Shown piece by piece: positions 40,041 to 49,292 of a stretch of 64,000 nucleotides of DNA. The DNA is taken from contig JAVHQC010000010.1 of NCBI GenBank assembly GCA_036170915.1, positions 160,001 through 224,000 on the forward strand, in the 5' to 3' direction. Every line of letters begins with the position of its first letter. Position 1 is the first letter of the stretch. Under the pieces are notes generated by a model that saw nothing but the letters and a program-made list of their open reading frames with translations, was not told the DNA's origin and did no database searches. The position numbers were made by a program, and so were the translations under genes. Source of the DNA: Cyanobacteria bacterium auto_48_18. GTDB lineage: Bacteria; Cyanobacteriota; Vampirovibrionia; Obscuribacterales; Obscuribacteraceae.

Positions 40041-40058
40041 TTCGCCTGAGAGGTGGCG

Positions 40059-43000
40059 TTATAGGTTATCCGGCCTGCCAAGGCTTGGCGGCTTAGTTAA
40101 TGGCATGATTTGATCCTCAGCACCAGCCCGCCGCATGAACTCGCGATACTGTTCTTGCATTGTGGTGGAACTATATCCGAAAGCTCCAGGGTAGTCGTGC
40201 AGGGGTTTTGCAACCTGCTTCGCCCACTCAAGAGCCTCTTCTCTTTTGCCCATTGAAAGTAAAACGTTTGCCAGGCGCAGCTTATCTTTCGTCTCCGAGA
40301 TGACTTCACCAGTGGGAGCCTTCGTAATTTGATCAGTACAAAGAGCGGCCTTCGCCAGTTTATTTTGCAATAAATATATCTCGGCAAAATTGATCATGCA
40401 CGTGAACTTTGGTACAGAGCACTTACCGTACTGTTCATTCAAAATTTCGAGTTCACGCAATTGAATTTGCTCAGCTTCGTCATAACGCCTCTGCTGCACA
40501 TAAAATTTGGTCAGCGCATCATACGCTTTAAGAGCGTCAACGCTGCCAGCGCCATGGGTTTCAATGGTTTCTGAAAGAATCTGCTTCAACGGTTCTTCAG
40601 CAGTAATTGCATAGAGTTCAGGGGAAGCCGAATGAGAAGTATAAAATCTGATGTTATAAAGTTTTTGAAGATCTGGAGGTCGCCTTGTGCCTTCAGCAGG
40701 TTTTACAGACACTCTATCTGCCTCAGCGCTCTTTCCTTCTTTTCTTAAAATTGAAGCAAGCAAAACCGAACTAATCCTTCCACTGTTTCGGGAACCGCCT
40801 ATCCAATTTTCCAAATCCAGGGCTTTTCTAGCAAAGCCTTCAGCTAAAATCAACTTGCTCTGAGCCTCTCGCAACTTTGCATAAGACTGAAAATTTTCAA
40901 TAAACAAGGCGTTGCGTGGTCCTACTTCGGTCAATTGAATTTTAGTTGCCTGCTCCAGAAGATTTTCAGCAATATCAAATTGTTTTTGCTCAGTAAATTT
41001 ATCAACAACTGAATAAAACAAAAAAGCAGACATGCTATTGCCACGAGAAAGACAGATTGACGGATATTGACTAAAGGTTGCTAATAGTGCCTCAGCCCAC
41101 TTCTTAGCCTCACTGTAATTATCCTCGTCAATAAATAACTCAGCTAGAAAAGCTTTCTCGATAAATGCGCTGGCATAAGTACCGGAAGCCCTATGCGTAA
41201 GAATACTCTGTTTAAGTATCGCTTCAGCTTCACGGTATTTCTTTGCTTTAACTAGAAGTGTAAATCCAAGGTCAGCTCTCATATTTCCAGGGTGATACAT
41301 AGAGTGGTTGAAGCTTTCGCCCGACTCCATTGAAAGAGCGCGAAGCATTGCTGCCACACCATCTGCATACTGCTGTTTTCCCAGATGAATACGCGCAACA
41401 TTAGCCCATTCAGAACTTGCGGCAGGGTTGAGTGCATTCTCTGAATTTTGAGCATGTTGCTTTGCTCCTAGCAGCGCTTGATCAACGTTGCCCGTGGCCA
41501 ACTCAACAGACTGCAACCAATTTTTTAGAGTGTCTAGGCCAGCTGAACGAAAGTCGTTCTTCTCGGCCAGATTGATTATAGTTTGAACACTTACGGCACC
41601 ATATCGAGTGGCAACAGATGTATGTTGTCTTTGAGCGGCCTCGACAAGCGCTCTTATGGTGTCGGGAGAAATCGTAGGCAAAGTGTTCGCTAGCTCTACT
41701 GCTCTTGCGAAAGCCAATGCTTGAGCAGCACTACCTCCGCTGACTCGAAGAAAGGCCAATATCGCTTTATAAGTATTTCCGGTTTTAGCCAGCACTTCTG
41801 CTCTGAGAAATCTCACATTTAGAACTTCATGACCAGGAAGGCTGACGCTATCGTCGCCATCACTGAACTGGGACAGCGACTCTTTAAATCGGCCGAGCCT
41901 ATACAAGATAAGTGCACGTCGATAGGCCAATATCTTATCAACATTCGAACTTTCCGCACTTTCGGTTCTCAGTACGCTCAGACTCAAGTCGATATGACTG
42001 GTCCGAAAAAGCGCAACGCTTAAAGCACCTAACATTCTAGAGTAGTCATTACGTGATCTGTCGGGAACCATCAAAATATCAATTTTCTTTTGCGCTTCGG
42101 TTATGTTGTTCTGCAATAGATATAAAATTGCTTCGTAGGCAATTGGTGAAACGTCTCGTTTTGTAGCTGCAGGGTATGACCGCGTGGCGTAGTTAAACAG
42201 ACGATGTGCCTTCACAGGCTCTCCCAGAAAAGCATAGATATAGGACACAGTGATCATTTGCTGAAATCGCTTTTGTTGGTCTTCGTTAGAATCTCTTTCA
42301 CGTGAGTTAAATTGGGCAACCTCAAGGTCATTGAGAAGAGTGGTTAAATTTGACCAGGCGGGCGAAGCGTCGCTATCATCTTTACCCATCAGAGCAATTT
42401 CGGCCGTCTGATACAATCGATTAGCACTAAAAGTGGTGCCCGGAGATGCCAAATAGCTATCCATGCGTCTTAGCATAGCTAAGGCTCTAGTGGTGGTTAA
42501 CTGGGTTTTCAGTAATTTGACCAGGTTTATCAATCGCGTAATATCATCTGCACTGTGTGTGCTCTTTGCGAGCTCCTGCTCAAATAGTGCATCCAATGAT
42601 GTAATAGCTTTACCTTGATTGGTGACAGCCGAGTCATAGACTAACCTCGCCAAGCGAGCATCTGCACTGCCCTCTACGACTTCAGTCTTAGGCCGATTCA
42701 TTTCAGCAATTGCAAGCAGATTGTCAAATTCCTTAAACAACTGCTCTTGATTTGAAGCATCATTTCTTACAAGTAGAGCACTTAATTTTTCTAACTGCAA
42801 AACCGCTCGGCAGTCCTTGCCTAAGGCCTCGGATATTAAATTCTTGGCGAGGTCAACCTGCATCAGTGCTTGTGGCAATTGCTTAGCCCTGGCATATGAA
42901 TTGGCCAAACGAATCTCGACATCACTTAAGCAAGGTGATCCCCAACGTTCTAACTGCATCCTCTCTTGAGCATTCAACTTATCGGTGTAAATGGATGCAG

Positions 43001-44183
43001 CCTGAAGCAGAGCAGATTGCGACTTTGTTGAGTCATCAAATTGTTCATAAATATCCGACAGTTTCAAAAGTGCCGATATTAGTTTCTGGTATTGAAAGAT
43101 TCTTACGCTGCCCTGGGCATCGAGTTGCAAGTCCACAATGTGCCTTTGCGCAGCCTCGGCAATTTCCCGATGTTTACTGTCAACGGCGTAATCAACCAAA
43201 CTTTTCAATGAAGCTAGCAAGAACTCTCGCTGCAAATTTCCAGGCTGAGCACAATAATCGGCTACTTGCTTGTAGTCTCTCTGAGCAGCATCCTCATTTG
43301 GCCCAGCCAAACTTGCTCGACCCAGCAGCACTGTTATCCTATTTTGAATCGACAAAGTCGGCAGCAATTTATATAGAGTGTTATAGATTTTTTGTGCGCT
43401 TTCGGAGCAGCCATGTTGAGCAAGCATTGCGGCACATTGAGTAAGCGCCTTAGTGCCAGCATCAGAACATTTTGCAGAATGAGCCTCAGAAAATTCCAAG
43501 GCTTGTTTGGCGGCTGCATCGAATTGCTCGAACATGCCAGTGAGTGCGTAAAAATCTAATGCCTTCGGCAACGCTTTAATTGGGTCCGAGAATAAAGCTG
43601 GAAACATAAAGTTTGGACAATTTGTAGCGGCAATAAAATATGGTACAGCCGCAAGGTTGTTGCCAGAGGCGTGGTGCCTTTCACCTAGAGCAGCGAGATC
43701 GTCTGCTGCATAGCCACTATTGGTAAAAAGGTCAGTGACATTAAGTAATGGCCCGTAGATCGACGCTGTTTTGTACATCGTTGCAGGCGAGTATCGAGTT
43801 AGAGTTTTCGTTAGGTATTGATCACCTTGAATTAGTGTCACTTCTAATTTCGAATCAATTGGTCCGAAAAGCATAGCCGATAATTCTTCTATGCTTTTGT
43901 CTTTGGCATAGACAGGTCCGAGCTTTATGACTCTGCTATCTGATGGGAAATACAAATCGTTGCTGCGTAAAGGCGAAGGGGTGCCGGAGCCAGACTCAAT
44001 GACGGTTGAACCGTCGGCCAATCTGCGCAAGACGACGCCGGGATCGCCTAATTTGTCTGATGCACTATTGCCTGACACATGTTCACTGGAAACAGAATCT
44101 GCTACTGAATCAGCCCCACGGCAGGGTGATACCAGAGTTAGACACACGGCAAGCGTTGCTGATAGAAATTTGTACAAACGCAC
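40059..44183 (-). CDS. Very large TPR-like protein with degenerate PDZ-like N-terminal domain
   Basis: Signal peptide; GVVLRR...GTPS...LFGPIDSKLEVTL; helical repeats. Confidence 0.65.
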   Translation of the reverse strand: MRLYKFLSATLAVCLTLVSPCRGADSVADSVSSEHVSGNSASDKLGDPGVVLRRLADGSTVIESGSGTPSPLRSNDLYFPSDSRVIKLGPVYAKDKSIEELSAMLFGPIDSKLEVTLIQGDQYLTKTLTRYSPATMYKTASIYGPLLNVTDLFTNSGYAADDLAALGERHHASGNNLAAVPYFIAATNCPNFMFPALFSDPIKALPKALDFYALTGMFEQFDAAAKQALEFSEAHSAKCSDAGTKALTQCAAMLAQHGCSESAQKIYNTLYKLLPTLSIQNRITVLLGRASLAGPNEDAAQRDYKQVADYCAQPGNLQREFLLASLKSLVDYAVDSKHREIAEAAQRHIVDLQLDAQGSVRIFQYQKLISALLKLSDIYEQFDDSTKSQSALLQAASIYTDKLNAQERMQLERWGSPCLSDVEIRLANSYARAKQLPQALMQVDLAKNLISEALGKDCRAVLQLEKLSALLVRNDASNQEQLFKEFDNLLAIAEMNRPKTEVVEGSADARLARLVYDSAVTNQGKAITSLDALFEQELAKSTHSADDITRLINLVKLLKTQLTTTRALAMLRRMDSYLASPGTTFSANRLYQTAEIALMGKDDSDASPAWSNLTTLLNDLEVAQFNSRERDSNEDQQKRFQQMITVSYIYAFLGEPVKAHRLFNYATRSYPAATKRDVSPIAYEAILYLLQNNITEAQKKIDILMVPDRSRNDYSRMLGALSVALFRTSHIDLSLSVLRTESAESSNVDKILAYRRALILYRLGRFKESLSQFSDGDDSVSLPGHEVLNVRFLRAEVLAKTGNTYKAILAFLRVSGGSAAQALAFARAVELANTLPTISPDTIRALVEAAQRQHTSVATRYGAVSVQTIINLAEKNDFRSAGLDTLKNWLQSVELATGNVDQALLGAKQHAQNSENALNPAASSEWANVARIHLGKQQYADGVAAMLRALSMESGESFNHSMYHPGNMRADLGFTLLVKAKKYREAEAILKQSILTHRASGTYASAFIEKAFLAELFIDEDNYSEAKKWAEALLATFSQYPSICLSRGNSMSAFLFYSVVDKFTEQKQFDIAENLLEQATKIQLTEVGPRNALFIENFQSYAKLREAQSKLILAEGFARKALDLENWIGGSRNSGRISSVLLASILRKEGKSAEADRVSVKPAEGTRRPPDLQKLYNIRFYTSHSASPELYAITAEEPLKQILSETIETHGAGSVDALKAYDALTKFYVQQRRYDEAEQIQLRELEILNEQYGKCSVPKFTCMINFAEIYLLQNKLAKAALCTDQITKAPTGEVISETKDKLRLANVLLSMGKREEALEWAKQVAKPLHDYPGAFGYSSTTMQEQYREFMRRAGAEDQIMPLTKPPSLGRPDNL

Positions 44184-44245
44184 GCTGGATGCCTCAGGTT
44201 GTCTAATTCAAAGTATTCTGGCTGCTAAGAACATCAAGCAGACCA

Positions 44246-45628
44246 CTAGTGCCGCTCGGCGACCTCGAGCAACTCCCGACTGAACCGATCGGCCGCAGCG
44301 ACATCGAAAGTTACAAGTGCAATTGTAATCAGATTGTTGAGAAGATCGATTTGCATTGCAAAATCATGAGTGCTCACTAGCTCAGTTTCCCAACGGCGAC
44401 GGAAATAAAGGGCCTCAATGGGTAGAAAAACAATCGCAAAAACAAGCGCCGGAACAACGGCAAGAGCTGGATCAACTTCACGCGCGGCGGTTTTAAGCCT
44501 TTCCTGGTGGCATCTCATTCGGTCACGAACCATCGCTTCAGAGCGTTCAGTCACCGCTTTTTCTGTCTCATACTCGCCCAATGTACCAGCCTTTCGTTCC
44601 AATGTAAAAGCTATACACCGGTCATCTGTTGAATAATTCTCAACGCTGTAGGCATCAAATGGAGCACAAAGCGATGACAAAAAAATATTTTCATTTCTCG
44701 CTACAGGTTTTACATTCATCAGATATTGAAGGCCAGCTGTCAGCCAGCGCACGGCTTCGGCCTTCACCTCAGCTGACAATATACGTCGATTAACTCTAAT
44801 GATTTTAGATTTTTCAGGATGATCAGGCCCAAATTGACATACATCCATCGTTAAACATTCAACCAGTTCGGCTGCTATTCGAGCGCATGATTGATCATCA
44901 TGCTGTTGACCATAAAATGGCAACGCCTTTTTATAATTTCCTACAGCATGGTGAGTAGCTTGCCTTGCGCCATTCAAATCATCCCTGAAATACTTCCCCA
45001 TTGCCAGTAAACGGTTTGCGTCGCCTAGCTCGACTTGTCTATAAGCCACATGAGCGCTACCTTCACCATACACCAGCCGTACTATCTTATCGTTTTCATC
45101 AAATTGTTTTCCCCAGTAGCGATCGCATGACCAAGACCACTGAGTACATAAAGCTGTTCTGCCTTTGATCCGAGACGGGTCGGGAATTGCCTTGTAAATA
45201 TACTCAGCTGCGAGCATTTGGCCAGATTCAGCGCAGCCTTTGGCTAAAGCTAATCCGCTATACCAGGGAATAGAAAAACAACATTTCAGAATCAAAACAA
45301 GTAGGGCTACCGAGGTCAAGGTTTCGTGAGTTCCGCTCAGTAAACGAACGACTTTACTGGTTCTATTCATCTTTGCTTGTAAGTCTTGCCAGTGACAGGC
45401 CAACACCCCGAATTTAGTGAGCCTGCTCACAACGAAGTAGATCGCGCCTGCGAGAAGAAATATAACTGGCTGAAGAGTGTCACCGACAGATGGACCTAAA
45501 TGCTCGTGCAATCGACATGGAAGTTGCTGTGCATGAAACTCTACGATTAGGTTATGTACAATCATCGACATGCTGGTAAGCATGCACAAAGCAACAGCTA
45601 AATTGAGAAGTGAAAAATTTCGGCGCAC
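44246..45628 (-). CDS. Membrane-anchored hypothetical protein with TPR-like region
   Basis: N- and C-terminal hydrophobic segments around a helical domain. Confidence 0.6.
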   Translation of the reverse strand: MRRNFSLLNLAVALCMLTSMSMIVHNLIVEFHAQQLPCRLHEHLGPSVGDTLQPVIFLLAGAIYFVVSRLTKFGVLACHWQDLQAKMNRTSKVVRLLSGTHETLTSVALLVLILKCCFSIPWYSGLALAKGCAESGQMLAAEYIYKAIPDPSRIKGRTALCTQWSWSCDRYWGKQFDENDKIVRLVYGEGSAHVAYRQVELGDANRLLAMGKYFRDDLNGARQATHHAVGNYKKALPFYGQQHDDQSCARIAAELVECLTMDVCQFGPDHPEKSKIIRVNRRILSAEVKAEAVRWLTAGLQYLMNVKPVARNENIFLSSLCAPFDAYSVENYSTDDRCIAFTLERKAGTLGEYETEKAVTERSEAMVRDRMRCHQERLKTAAREVDPALAVVPALVFAIVFLPIEALYFRRRWETELVSTHDFAMQIDLLNNLITIALVTFDVAAADRFSRELLEVAERH

Positions 45629-45981
45629 AACTCGTACCCGTGAAACTTACTCCACTATGACACCGCAGCGGTGGTCTGTCACTCGTGGAAACATCATCCT
45701 TGCGGGGCGACTGCCCTTAACACAGGCTCAACTCTGCGTCGTCTTACGCGTTTACGAATTCAAAGCTGATTAAAAACCCTATTCACCTTCGCTACGCAAT
45801 CAACAGCTTACGCAATGCAGGATCACGCATTTTCCAAAGCATGCTGAGTGTGCTGTTCGTTTTCAGTGGCCACATTCCCGCCACAATCGAGAAACATAAT
45901 ACTTGAACAAGTCGATACTTGATGTTTCGCCCCGCAAAATTGCAGGAACAAGAAAATGATTAATCTCAGAGAGGTGTTCGC

Positions 45982-46242
45982 TTGATATTAATTTGGAAGG
46001 GTGCAGGCCTCCTGGTTTTATTTATTGGCCTTGGAACACTCGTTGTAACTCAGTGGATTCTTGGCCCCCTATATCAAGAGGGGTGGGCAAAAATATTAGG
46101 CTTGAGCATTGCTGGTGTTATCTGCTGGTTTCTAGGCAAGCATCTAAATAGGCACGCCAGCAACCACGACCTTTTCTTCATCCCGATGGAATATTGGGGC
46201 ATTGTACTTCCTATCCTCGGAGTGTCGCTATCTTTTGTCTGA
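45982..46242 (+). CDS. Small membrane protein
   Basis: GAGG RBS; LIWKGAG...HDLFFIPMEYWG. Confidence 0.7.
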   Translation: MILIWKGAGLLVLFIGLGTLVVTQWILGPLYQEGWAKILGLSIAGVICWFLGKHLNRHASNHDLFFIPMEYWGIVLPILGVSLSFV

Positions 46243-46331
46243 CGCCGATCCCTCGACCTGCGCAAGTAATAGAAGGCATCACTGATAGTGTCATCAAAAT
46301 GAGAAAGGTAAATGCGTAATTTGCGCCGGAA

Positions 46332-46691
46332 TTATAAGTGACAGCCAAGGCTGCCCAAACCAAGAGAATACATTCCGAAAAAGTACACACACAAAGGGAC
46401 GAGGGCAAGCGCACAAATTTCGCCAACAAGTTGATTGCCTCTTACTTTCTGGCCTCTAAACCCGGCCAAAACACAAGCAAGCAGCGCTGCGTACCATGTG
46501 CTTAGTTGCACATGGTTTGTAAGCATCTCGTATCCAGCATCGGTAAACTTAATGACCTGAAGCACGTGAGGATCGCGTGGATCTAAGGGCGCTCCTACAA
46601 GACCCTGCGCATTTGCATGAGCAACGCACAAACAGCTAAGCAAAACAAAAACCAGGCAGGCGCCAAAGCGTAAGTTGATGATTGAAAACAT
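46332..46691 (-). CDS. Hypothetical membrane protein (possibly frameshifted at the 3' end)
   Basis: GAGG RBS, hydrophobic segments; further hydrophobic sequence continues in another frame. Confidence 0.45.
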   Translation of the reverse strand: MFSIINLRFGACLVFVLLSCLCVAHANAQGLVGAPLDPRDPHVLQVIKFTDAGYEMLTNHVQLSTWYAALLACVLAGFRGQKVRGNQLVGEICALALVPLCVYFFGMYSLGLGSLGCHL

Positions 46692-46921
46692 GAGTGCCTC
46701 ACTCGAAAAAGAAAGCCAGCAGCCAAGCCGGGCTGCGTTGGATTGACAACTTTAAGCGCAGTTAACATGTGCGTAAAGAGGAAAAGCACCACTGAGACCG
46801 GCGAACGAAGGAGAAGCGCCGAACTGGCTTCCGCATAAGCCCAGGCTATCCAATGCACTAATGGCTCAAGCGGCACGCGCTGTTTTTCGCTAAACTTTGA
46901 TCGCACAAAGAGGATGACAAC

Positions 46922-47167
46922 TTGCAAGAACTGAAACCAGTTTCTATCGTGGCAGAGGGCCAGACCGGGCCGAAGTCATTTTCCTATCGGGTATTCTTCG
47001 AAAGTGACGGCGCTAAATCCGATTTCACCTTCACCGTTAGCGACGACGAAATCACATCGGTCTCTTGGGATAGCGACAAATTTTGGGACATCACCCGTGA
47101 AGATCCGCGGATGCCGGCGCTCATGCAAGCTATTCTTCGTTTGCACGATGCACGTCGAAGTCTGTAA
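46922..47167 (+). CDS. Hypothetical protein
   Basis: GAGGA RBS before TTG; 81 aa. Confidence 0.55.
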   Translation: MQELKPVSIVAEGQTGPKSFSYRVFFESDGAKSDFTFTVSDDEITSVSWDSDKFWDITREDPRMPALMQAILRLHDARRSL

Positions 47168-47208
47168 ATTGCTTTCAACAACTAAGCGAAGAGTGCTATA
47201 GTCAGTTT

Positions 47209-47263
47209 TAATAAGAGCTCCCACGCTTCCCGTTTACGTAGCGCACCAGGGAGCTCATTATTA
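47209..47263. ncRNA. Candidate abiF-type structured RNA
   Basis: Stem TAATAAGAGCTCCC / GGGAGCTCATTATTA enclosing ACGCT...AGCGCACCA; extended -10 TGCTATAGT just upstream on the + strand. Confidence 0.45.
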
Positions 47264-47271
47264 ACTTGCAT

Positions 47272-47355
47272 GGCGATGTCTGCCTTATGGCGCATGATGC
47301 CCATGTATTTCTGATAGGTCGCTTTGACGAGCAGCGCCGGCGGATTAGGCACCAC
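47272..47355 (-). pseudogene. Possible internal fragment of a PIN toxin
   Basis: VVPNPPALLVKATYQKYMGIMRHKADIA directly after the AbrB gene. Confidence 0.4.
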
Positions 47356-47357
47356 CT

Positions 47358-47654
47358 TTACGCTCCAGGGTAACGTTTAGACACTTTGCCCGCGGCTCTT
47401 TTAGCAACTCGCGTCTTCAGCTCATCTGGGCTCAAACCTAATTTTTGCAAACCCTTCTGAGCCCTGAGCATCAAATCGGCCATGACTTCACTCTGCGGCA
47501 GCAAGATGATGCAGCCTGGTAGCGAAATTTCTACGACAGTTTCACCAGCATGCAACCCATGTTGCTTACGCGCCTCTTTCGATAGCGTCACTTGCCCCTG
47601 TGTACTTACTTTTAGAGTGCTTATTTGCGGTTCGTCGTGCGCTAAATGGCTCAT
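47358..47654 (-). CDS. AbrB/MazE/SpoVT-family antitoxin
   Basis: KVSTQGQVTLSKEARKQHGLHAGE...IILLP. Confidence 0.8.
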   Translation of the reverse strand: MSHLAHDEPQISTLKVSTQGQVTLSKEARKQHGLHAGETVVEISLPGCIILLPQSEVMADLMLRAQKGLQKLGLSPDELKTRVAKRAAGKVSKRYPGA

Positions 47655-47742
47655 AGTGCTTCCAAGCAGATGGGTAATCATTAGACTTTAGAACTTCAGT
47701 TAAATTTAGATTCTTTAGAAACTATAGTCGAAAAAGCTGCAA

Positions 47743-49068
47743 TTGACAAGCTCTGTATACACTAGTGTGGTCAATTGCAAGCCAGAGAGAGCTCCGACAA
47801 GATCGCCCATTAAAAACCGCACAGTAGCTCGCTACACCATGCCATATAATTATCTAAATACACTAATTGAGATAGCCGAATTGCCCATCAAAAAGAAAAA
47901 ACTTTCTTCAAAACGTAATGACAAAATTTATATAGAAGATGTGGTCGAACCGGCACGAATTCGCACACAATCATTTGCCTCGGCCTTTCCAGCATTAGCA
48001 CAATGGTGGCATTATAAAAAGAATTGTGGTTTCGGACCAGAAGATTTTTCATTCCGCTCCCATGTGCGCGCCTGGTTTAAATGTCCAAAGGGAAAAGATC
48101 ATCTATTTCAAGTACAGATTGCTGCCATGGCCAATGCTGCGCTTTCGCAATCGAAAATAAAAGGTTGCGGCTTTTGTAATGCGAAAAGAGTGTCTGTGAC
48201 GAATAATCTGGCCGACCATTATCCAGACATAGCAGCAGAACTTGTAACCAAAAAAAACAATTTTGATCCCTCTAAAATCGCAAGCGGCTCAGGCAAGAAA
48301 GCCTGGTGGAAATGCAAGAAAGGTCACCAGTGGCAGGCAGCAATCAATAACCGCACCGCAGATGGTACCGGCTGCCCGCGCTGCAATGTTGGCGAGCCAC
48401 TTGATTTGCGTAACTATCCGCGAGCGATGAAAGAGTTTGATAAAAAAAATAATCCGGGAGTAAACCCTCATGCCTTGCCTTTCACAGGCAAATTTGCCTG
48501 GATTTGCAGTAATGATGCGCGCCATAAATGGACCGCCGGCTTTTATCGCTCCAGCGAAAACCGAGTGCGATGTCCGCTTTGTCGAAGCCAAAAAGGTTCT
48601 ACTGGAAATAACCTTAAACGCTCTTACCCGGCCATAGCCAAGCAGTGGCATCCGACGAAAAATAAATCAGTCGGCCCAGCCGATGTCACGTTCGGCAGTG
48701 GCTATAAAGCCTGGTGGAAATGTTCTGCCGGACCCGATCACGAATGGCAAACTGCGGTAGCAAATAGAACTTCTAATCAGACGGGTTGCCCTTTTTGCCT
48801 ATTTAAAAAAGACTCAGTTACTAACTTAATCTCAACCGCCGCGCCCAAATTAGCCAGAGAGTGGCACCCGAGCAAAAACAAAAAATTGACTCCCGAAAAA
48901 ACTAGAATTCACTCAATGCAACCAGTATGGTGGCTCTGTAGGAAATGTTCATGTGAATGGCAAGCAGCACCAATTTATAGAGTGACACGGGGCAACGGCT
49001 GCCCCGCCTGTGCTCGCAAAAATCATAGTAAAATCATGAAAGCGATCAGGGGCAAGCAGCGACTGTAA
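47743..49068 (+). CDS. Zinc-ribbon (DUF4379/treble-clef-like) repeat protein 1
   Basis: Five units of WH..KN...WW.C...H/C.W...R...GCP.C; true start probably further downstream. Confidence 0.85.
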   Translation: MTSSVYTSVVNCKPERAPTRSPIKNRTVARYTMPYNYLNTLIEIAELPIKKKKLSSKRNDKIYIEDVVEPARIRTQSFASAFPALAQWWHYKKNCGFGPEDFSFRSHVRAWFKCPKGKDHLFQVQIAAMANAALSQSKIKGCGFCNAKRVSVTNNLADHYPDIAAELVTKKNNFDPSKIASGSGKKAWWKCKKGHQWQAAINNRTADGTGCPRCNVGEPLDLRNYPRAMKEFDKKNNPGVNPHALPFTGKFAWICSNDARHKWTAGFYRSSENRVRCPLCRSQKGSTGNNLKRSYPAIAKQWHPTKNKSVGPADVTFGSGYKAWWKCSAGPDHEWQTAVANRTSNQTGCPFCLFKKDSVTNLISTAAPKLAREWHPSKNKKLTPEKTRIHSMQPVWWLCRKCSCEWQAAPIYRVTRGNGCPACARKNHSKIMKAIRGKQRL

Positions 49069-49113
49069 ATTAATAGGCGCGAGCTACATCGATCGCTTGC
49101 TCCAGGGCGGGAT

Positions 49114-49263
49114 TCTTACATTGGCTACATCGACGTGCAGGGCCGGCTAATCATCCCTCCTAAGTTCTCACCGGCGGAACAGTTTTCAGAGAGCCTAGCA
49201 TGGGTATGCCCCGCTTCTGAAGTTAAAGGGTTCAGGAGCATTTCACGTTGTTACTGGTCATGA
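49114..49263 (+). pseudogene. WG-repeat protein fragment
   Basis: YIGYIDVQGRLIIPPKFSPAEQFSESLAWV, no start codon. Confidence 0.65.
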
Positions 49264-49292
49264 ACAAAAGCATGGAATAAAATTGCAAATAG

